The notes below the pieces were generated by a model. That model searched no databases and had not been told where the DNA came from. It was given only the letters and a program-made list of their open reading frames with translations. From contig NC_087447.1 in assembly GCF_036321535.1 (NCBI RefSeq), positions 36,520,001 to 36,584,000 of the forward strand: a stretch of 64,000 nucleotides of DNA. Reading direction: 5' to 3'. Positions within the stretch are counted from its first letter, which is position 1, and each line of letters begins with the position of its first letter. The translations under genes and the position numbers were made by a program. Of this stretch, positions 63,701 through 64,000 are shown in pieces. The DNA is from Camelus dromedarius. Lineage: Eukaryota.

Positions 63701-64000
63701 ACTTTTCCTACTTCCACTCTACCAGTGAACAGTAGTGAAAATGAAACACCCACTGAAACTGAATTTGGGAAGACTTCCTGATGTCCCTAGTCACAGAAAG
63801 AGAGTAACTGGGTATCCTGGCTGAAGTAGGAGGGAATGGATGACCCTGGTGGCCTTGGTATGGAGATGTATGTCTGTTTACACGAAAGACTTCCCATTGG
63901 AGGTTTATATGTTTTGAGGGTGAAAAAGGAGCATTTTCTGGTTTTACACTGATGAGCCAAAAGTGTGGAGAAGATCAGTACTTATGCTCATTCACCATGC

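Noticed and set aside
1..64000. ORF-track ORFs (60-153 aa) as genes
   Set aside because: Short, low-complexity and often with non-ATG starts; the only recognisable peptides are L1 ORF2 or hAT transposase remnants.
1..64000. CRISPR array, prokaryotic defence system, tRNA/rRNA, processed pseudogene, CpG island
   Set aside because: No regularly spaced repeat-spacer array, no gene-dense or CpG-rich segment, and no recognisable structural RNA or mRNA-derived insert.

Overview
This is AT-rich, CpG-depleted mammalian (eutherian) non-coding DNA. It is not prokaryotic, and I see no CRISPR array, operon or intact protein-coding gene. The young L1 3' ends resemble cetartiodactyl/camelid L1 families, and I saw no Alu, B1, Can-SINE, PRE1 or Bov-tA, so a camelid genome is my tentative guess. 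Much of the window is interspersed repeat: four young 5'-truncated L1 copies plus an ultra-short one, old L1M/L1ME blocks, L2, MIR, L3/CR1, MLT1 and LTR16 LTRs, and the DNA transposons MER2, MER119, MER5, MER58A, MER103 and a full-length Charlie1a. One clean 72-nt + strand exon (38685-38756) has a strong acceptor and a GTAAGT donor. From memory it matches a 5' non-coding exon of SOX6 (unverified), which would make the window the upstream/intronic regulatory region of SOX6. The all-antisense L1 orientation and the repeat-free, motif-dense blocks (e.g. ~60330-60720) fit that reading. The most unusual directly visible features are several perfect or near-perfect inverted repeats and template-switch scars (2514-2595, 3901-3968, 29637-29736, 37723-37764, 39540-39563). 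I found no evidence of a novel multi-gene system. Repeat family names come from recalled consensus similarity and boundaries are approximate.
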